43,657 nt of DNA from Neobacillus sp. (GTDB lineage Bacteria; Bacillota; Bacilli; Bacillales; Cytobacillaceae): positions 1-43,657 of the forward strand of contig JAQSXG010000001.1 of the NCBI GenBank assembly GCA_029256785.1. Reading direction: 5' to 3'. The notes beneath the pieces are model-generated. The model did not search any database, had not been told where the DNA came from, and saw nothing but the letters and a program-made list of their open reading frames with translations. Both the position numbers and the translations under genes were made by a program. Positions 39,118-43,657 of this stretch are shown piece after piece; the stretch's first letter is position 1, and each line of letters begins with the position of its first letter.

Positions 39118-40200
39118 CTATAAAGCTTTTTCCAATAATTTTGGTTTAGCAAATATCATTCTCCCAGCAGATGTCTGCAATACACTCGTAACAAGAACTT
39201 CTATTCTTTTACCTATATATTCTCTTCCTTCTTCTACGACAATCATGGTACCATCATCGAGATAAGCCACACCTTGGTGATATTCTTTGCCATCCTTAAT
39301 AACTTGAACCATTAATTCCTCTCCTGGCAGAACGACAGGCTTAACAGCATTCGCTAAATCATTGATATTTAATACGGAAACATTCTGCAATTCACATACT
39401 TTATTAAGATTAAAATCATTGGTTACGAGCATTCCGTTTGTAACCTTAGCTAATTTAACAAGCTTACTATCAACTTCTTGTATTTCTTCAAAATCACCCT
39501 CGTAAATCTCTACCTTAATAGCCAATTCCTTTTGAATACGATTTAATATATCCAATCCTCTTCTTCCACGATTTCGCTTAAGAACATCAGAAGAGTCGGC
39601 AATATGCTGTAATTCCTCGAGGACAAACTGTGGAATAACGATTGTCCCTTCCAAAAATCCAGTTTGGCAAATATCTGCTACACGTCCGTCAATAATAACA
39701 CTTGTATCTAATATCTTTAGTGAATTTTTAACAGCCACTTCAACTTCTTCCTCATCATTCTTTCGTTTCCCGCGACTAAAGAGATTCAGTAGTTCATCTC
39801 TCTTTTTAAATCCAACCTGAAAGCCCAGATAACCAAACAATAATGTCAGTAGTATAGGAGCGACAGCATTTAAGATCGGTACTTGTACAGCATTCAGTGC
39901 AAAACCTATTAAATAGGCAACAAGCAATCCAAAAATTAATCCGATACTGCCAAAAATTACATCTGTAACAGGGATTTTTACTAATGAATCTTCTGCCCAT
40001 TTGACAAATTCAAGTACATAATCAACTGCCCAAAAGGTAATAAGATAAAAAATAATTGCACCTAAAATAGCCACGACATATGAGTTACTGATTATAGGAA
40101 TGCCTTCCATTTTTACTAATATCAACAATTCCGGGATTAACAATATTCCAAGCGTACCACCAGTTATGAGAAAGCAAGCTTGAACAATACGTTTTAACAT
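39118..40200 (-). CDS. yacL: Membrane PIN/TRAM-domain protein
   Basis: N-terminal TM helices; [13 protein letters not shown] motif; [13 protein letters not shown] motif; start moved to 40200 behind GGAGG. Confidence 0.95.
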   Translation of the reverse strand: MLKRIVQACFLITGGTLGILLIPELLILVKMEGIPIISNSYVVAILGAIIFYLITFWAVDYVLEFVKWAEDSLVKIPVTDVIFGSIGLIFGLLVAYLIGFALNAVQVPILNAVAPILLTLLFGYLGFQVGFKKRDELLNLFSRGKRKNDEEEVEVAVKNSLKILDTSVIIDGRVADICQTGFLEGTIVIPQFVLEELQHIADSSDVLKRNRGRRGLDILNRIQKELAIKVEIYEGDFEEIQEVDSKLVKLAKVTNGMLVTNDFNLNKVCELQNVSVLNINDLANAVKPVVLPGEELMVQVIKDGKEYHQGVAYLDDGTMIVVEEGREYIGKRIEVLVTSVLQTSAGRMIFAKPKLLEKAL

Positions 40201-40320
40201 TCCGTCACCTCCTCTACTCATTATAAACATAATCCGAAAAATGAAACCTTTGTTGCTAATTATTTTTTTCTGCAGTCTATAAATAGTAGGTATTTATTAG
40301 ATATTGATCGTTCACTTCAT

Positions 40321-40395
40321 AGGGTAGCATTGTAAAATTTCTCTGTCAAATTTATGAAAATTCACTATTTTAGCATAGTAGTATTAGGTTTGCAA
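40321..40395 (-). promoter_or_regulatory. Tandem SigA-like promoters upstream of yacL-ispD-ispF
   Basis: TTGCAA-17 nt-TAAAAT (40367-40395) and TTGACA-17 nt-TACCCT (40321-40349), both with an extended TG. Confidence 0.6.
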
Positions 40396-40401
40396 TCCTT
40401 T

Positions 40402-41475
40402 TTATATATGTCGTTCTGTATATAAACGCTCCTTTATTAAATTAAAGCCCTCTTTAATTTTTTTCGCCCGCACTTCTCCAATTCCTTCAACATCATCAAG
40501 TTGTTCAACCGAAGCAGCTAGTACCTTGGAAAGTGTTTCAAAACTAGAAATGATATTTTCGATAATTACTGCTGGGAGCCGTGGTATCTTATTAAGAATT
40601 CGATAACCACGAGGGAGTTTATTCTCATCTAAATGGACATAACCTTGATAACCTAGCATTTTCAGTAGGACGCTATCTTCAATGGTCCCACTATTGGTTA
40701 GAATCTGCATTCGGTTAAGTGCATCCCATGCATTGATTGTTCTTTCAAAAGAGTAATCCTTAATAATAAGCGCAGTCTCTTTTTCTATGTTTGTTAATAT
40801 TTCATTCATTTGTAGCCGAATCAGCCGGCCCTCCGTACCAAGTTCATTTAAATAAGTTAATAGTTCGTTTTTTATCTTTAAGACCATCTCAAAGCGGTGA
40901 AGAACGAGCAAAAAGTCATTATAAGTAACAGACTCTTCCAACTCCAGGAGACTCAAATTAACAATACTTTGTTCCATTACTGCCTTATACTTTTCCAGCA
41001 TTTGAATCGCCTGATTTGCCTTCGTCAAAATCACCCCTATGTCTTTAAGGGCATAGCGGAAATTCCCTTGATACAAAGTAATAACATTTCTTCTTTGTGA
41101 AATCGCTATGACGAGCGCCTTTGTTTGCCTGGCGACCCTTTCAGCAGTACGATGGCGCATTCCTGTTTCGGTGGCTTGGATATCTGAATCCGGGGCTAAG
41201 TGGGCATTAGCAATAAGAATGGTATTTCCTAATTCATTTAAAATAATTGCTCCATCCATTTTTGCAAGTTCATAAAGGTAGCTAGGTGAAAAGGGACAAT
41301 TTATTTGGAATCCTCCATCGACAATATCCTTCACTTTGTCGTTATAACCTACAACAATAAGTCCTCCCGTATTTGCCCTTAGGACATTATCAATGCCTTC
41401 ACGTATGGGTGTACCTGGTGCTATAAACTGCAATACTTCTCTTACGGATTGTTCACCAAGCCTTTTATTTTCCAT
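40402..41475 (-). CDS. disA: DNA integrity scanning diadenylate cyclase
   Basis: DAC motifs DGA and RHR intact; C-terminal HhH (VEGIG). Confidence 0.97.
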   Translation of the reverse strand: MENKRLGEQSVREVLQFIAPGTPIREGIDNVLRANTGGLIVVGYNDKVKDIVDGGFQINCPFSPSYLYELAKMDGAIILNELGNTILIANAHLAPDSDIQATETGMRHRTAERVARQTKALVIAISQRRNVITLYQGNFRYALKDIGVILTKANQAIQMLEKYKAVMEQSIVNLSLLELEESVTYNDFLLVLHRFEMVLKIKNELLTYLNELGTEGRLIRLQMNEILTNIEKETALIIKDYSFERTINAWDALNRMQILTNSGTIEDSVLLKMLGYQGYVHLDENKLPRGYRILNKIPRLPAVIIENIISSFETLSKVLAASVEQLDDVEGIGEVRAKKIKEGFNLIKERLYTERHI

Positions 41476-41478
41476 TCG

Positions 41479-42861
41479 CTAACCTCCAAACGCTGCCTTT
41501 AACGCTTCACTTACGGTCGAAACGCCTATTAACTCAATCCCTCTTGGGCTTTTCCAGCCTCCTAGGTTATTAGCAGGTAAAATAACCCGCTCAAAGCCAA
41601 GCTTTGCCGCTTCTTGGACTCGTTGTTCGATTCTTGAGACACGCCTTACCTCTCCTGTAAGGCCCACTTCTCCAATAATGCAATCTGTCGCTTTTGTTGG
41701 TTTATCTCGAAAGCTAGAGGCGATACTTACAGCAATGGCTAAATCAATTGCCGGCTCATCTAGTTTTACTCCGCCAGCCACCTTTAAGTATGCATCCTGA
41801 TTTTGCAATAGCATCCCGACTCGTTTTTCCAGTACCGCCATGATTAAGGGAACTCGGTTATGGTCAATGCCTGTTGCCATTCTTCTTGGGTTTCCAAAAC
41901 TTGTTGGTGAAATAAGTGCTTGAATTTCAACGAGTACTGGACGTGTCCCTTCCATGGAAGCACATACTGTAGAACCTGCCGCCCCTTGAGACCTCTCTTC
42001 AAGGAAGATTTCTGAAGGATTCGCTACCTCTTCCAGACCAAATTCTTTCATTTCAAAGATTCCCATCTCATTCGTTGATCCAAAGCGATTTTTCACTGCT
42101 CTTAAAATCCGATACGTATGATGTCTTTCACCTTCAAAATAAAGTACCGTATCCACCATATGTTCGAGCAATCTTGGACCAGCTATAGAACCTTCTTTTG
42201 TTACATGACCAACAATAAAAATGGCAATCCCGTTCGTTTTTCCAATTCTCATTAATTCAGAAGTACATTCACGTACCTGTGATACACTCCCAGGTGCAGA
42301 AGTTACCTCTGGATGGAATACAGTTTGAATGGAATCTATAATAACAAAGCTGGGTTCTGTGTTTTCTATTGTTTGATTAATTTCTTGTAGATTCGTCTCC
42401 GCATATACAAGGAGATTCTCAGAGGATATCCCTAATCTTGATGCCCGAAGCTTTGTTTGGTGTAGCGATTCCTCACCTGAAATGTATAACACTTTATTTC
42501 CCTTGTTTGCTAGCTGGGAGGATACCTGCAACAAAAGGGTAGACTTCCCAATACCTGGATCCCCACCAATTAATACTAACGAACCCTTCACAACTCCACC
42601 GCCAAGTACTCGGTTAAATTCTGATAAATCGGTATGGATTCGTGGTTCGGTTAGTGCTTCAATTGCAGTAATTGGAATTGGTTTTGAAAGAATTGTCGAA
42701 CCGCCTTGTGAGTGAGCAAATGCCCCTCTTCTATTTCCGCCAGTAACCTCTACCTCTTCTACCATCTTGTTCCATTCCCCGCAACCAGGACATTTCCCCA
42801 TCCATTTTGGAGACTCATATCCGCATTCCTGACACATAAATTTCGTTTTTCGTTTTGCCAT
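41479..42861 (-). CDS. radA: DNA repair protein RadA/Sms
   Basis: C4 Zn finger, GDPGIGKST and KNRFG. Confidence 0.99.
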   Translation of the reverse strand: MAKRKTKFMCQECGYESPKWMGKCPGCGEWNKMVEEVEVTGGNRRGAFAHSQGGSTILSKPIPITAIEALTEPRIHTDLSEFNRVLGGGVVKGSLVLIGGDPGIGKSTLLLQVSSQLANKGNKVLYISGEESLHQTKLRASRLGISSENLLVYAETNLQEINQTIENTEPSFVIIDSIQTVFHPEVTSAPGSVSQVRECTSELMRIGKTNGIAIFIVGHVTKEGSIAGPRLLEHMVDTVLYFEGERHHTYRILRAVKNRFGSTNEMGIFEMKEFGLEEVANPSEIFLEERSQGAAGSTVCASMEGTRPVLVEIQALISPTSFGNPRRMATGIDHNRVPLIMAVLEKRVGMLLQNQDAYLKVAGGVKLDEPAIDLAIAVSIASSFRDKPTKATDCIIGEVGLTGEVRRVSRIEQRVQEAAKLGFERVILPANNLGGWKSPRGIELIGVSTVSEALKAAFGG

Positions 42862-42900
42862 ATCTGTTCTCTCCTAAATGTAAGTACAAGTCCATTTTAT

Positions 42901-42945
42901 AAAAAAAAGAGGTACACGACTGAACTATAAACGTGTACCTCTTTT
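42901..42945 (-). terminator. Intrinsic terminator-like hairpin between clpC and radA
   Basis: AAAAGAGGTACACG-loop-CGTGTACCTC followed by T8. Confidence 0.8.
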
Positions 42946-42979
42946 AGTTGTCCTTATGGCGACTAATAAAGCTAAAAAC

Positions 42980-43657
42980 CTATTTAGTTAGACTCGCCTT
43001 TTTATTAGTGGTGACAATAAATTCACCATTTTCTACGTCAATTATAACATGTTGACCTGTTAATACAGTGCCTTTTAGCAATTCCTCTGAAAGTCGGTCT
43101 TCGATATGTTTTTGAATTGCTCTCCTAAGTGGCCGTGCACCATACTCAGGATCGTAACCCTCAACAGATATTTTTGCCTTGGCTGCATCAGATAATTCTA
43201 AAGAAATATGTTGCTCCTTTAATCGTTTTACCAGTTGGTCAGAAAGGAGGGTAACGATTTCTTCGAGATGTTTTTTCTCAAGTGCATGGAATACAATGAT
43301 TTCATCGATACGGTTTAAGAATTCAGGACGGAAGGCCTTTTTCAATTCTTCCATTACCTTACCCTTCATATCCTTGTAATCCTGCGCACCATCTTGAATA
43401 TTAAATCCAACATATTTGTTGCGCTTTAGAGCTTCCGCCCCTACATTGGAAGTCATAATCAATACAGTATTACGGAAATCTACCGTTCTACCCTTCGAAT
43501 CCGTTAAACGTCCATCTTCAAGTACTTGTAATAAGATATTGAATACATCTGGATGTGCTTTTTCAATTTCATCAAGCAGGATAACGGAATATGGTTTTCT
43601 TCTAACTTTATCTGTTAACTGACCGCCCTCTTCATAACCAACATATCCTGGCGGTGA
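42980..43657 (-). CDS. clpC: Clp protease ATPase ClpC, 3' part (starts outside the window)
   Basis: Frame is open to the window edge: [36 protein letters not shown] and GARPLRR; lies upstream of radA-disA. Confidence 0.96.
   Translation of the reverse strand, partial: SPPGYVGYEEGGQLTDKVRRKPYSVILLDEIEKAHPDVFNILLQVLEDGRLTDSKGRTVDFRNTVLIMTSNVGAEALKRNKYVGFNIQDGAQDYKDMKGKVMEELKKAFRPEFLNRIDEIIVFHALEKKHLEEIVTLLSDQLVKRLKEQHISLELSDAAKAKISVEGYDPEYGARPLRRAIQKHIEDRLSEELLKGTVLTGQHVIIDVENGEFIVTTNKKASLTK

Noticed and set aside
40220-40250. SigB-like promoter upstream of yacL (GGTTTC...GTTTAT)
   Set aside because: The -10 match to GGGTAT is too poor to support a call.

Overview
This window is the conserved Bacillaceae housekeeping supercluster, with every real gene on the minus strand. 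In transcription order (right to left) it holds clpC (partial), radA, disA, yacL, ispD, ispF, gltX, a Cys T-box, cysE, cysS, mrnC, rlmB, rae1, sigH, rpmG, secE, nusG, rplK, rplA, the L10 leader, rplJ, rplL, rsmC, rpoB, rpoC, ybxF, rpsL, rpsG, fusA, tuf, the S10 and spc operons (rpsJ to secY, adk, map), infA, rpmJ, rpsM, rpsK and rpoA (partial). Gene order matches B. subtilis as I recall it, except that ybaC is absent. I found no new multi-gene system, phage, CRISPR array or transposase. The non-routine parts are intergenic. (1) A 188-bp MITE-like element with terminal inverted repeats lies between tuf and the S10 promoters. (2) A different ~150-bp rod-like hairpin element sits in the normally short rplJ-rplL spacer and shares an apical GAGCGA..CGA motif with the first. 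(3) A decayed relic of the KOW/L14e-like gene ybzG lies between map and infA. (4) Several attenuator-like or processing-like hairpins precede rpoA, rpsL, rpoB and nusG. Two small CDSs missing from the ORF track (rpmJ, rpmG) were read by hand, and several start codons were corrected using RBS position. Family assignments come from recognising sequences; no database search was run.
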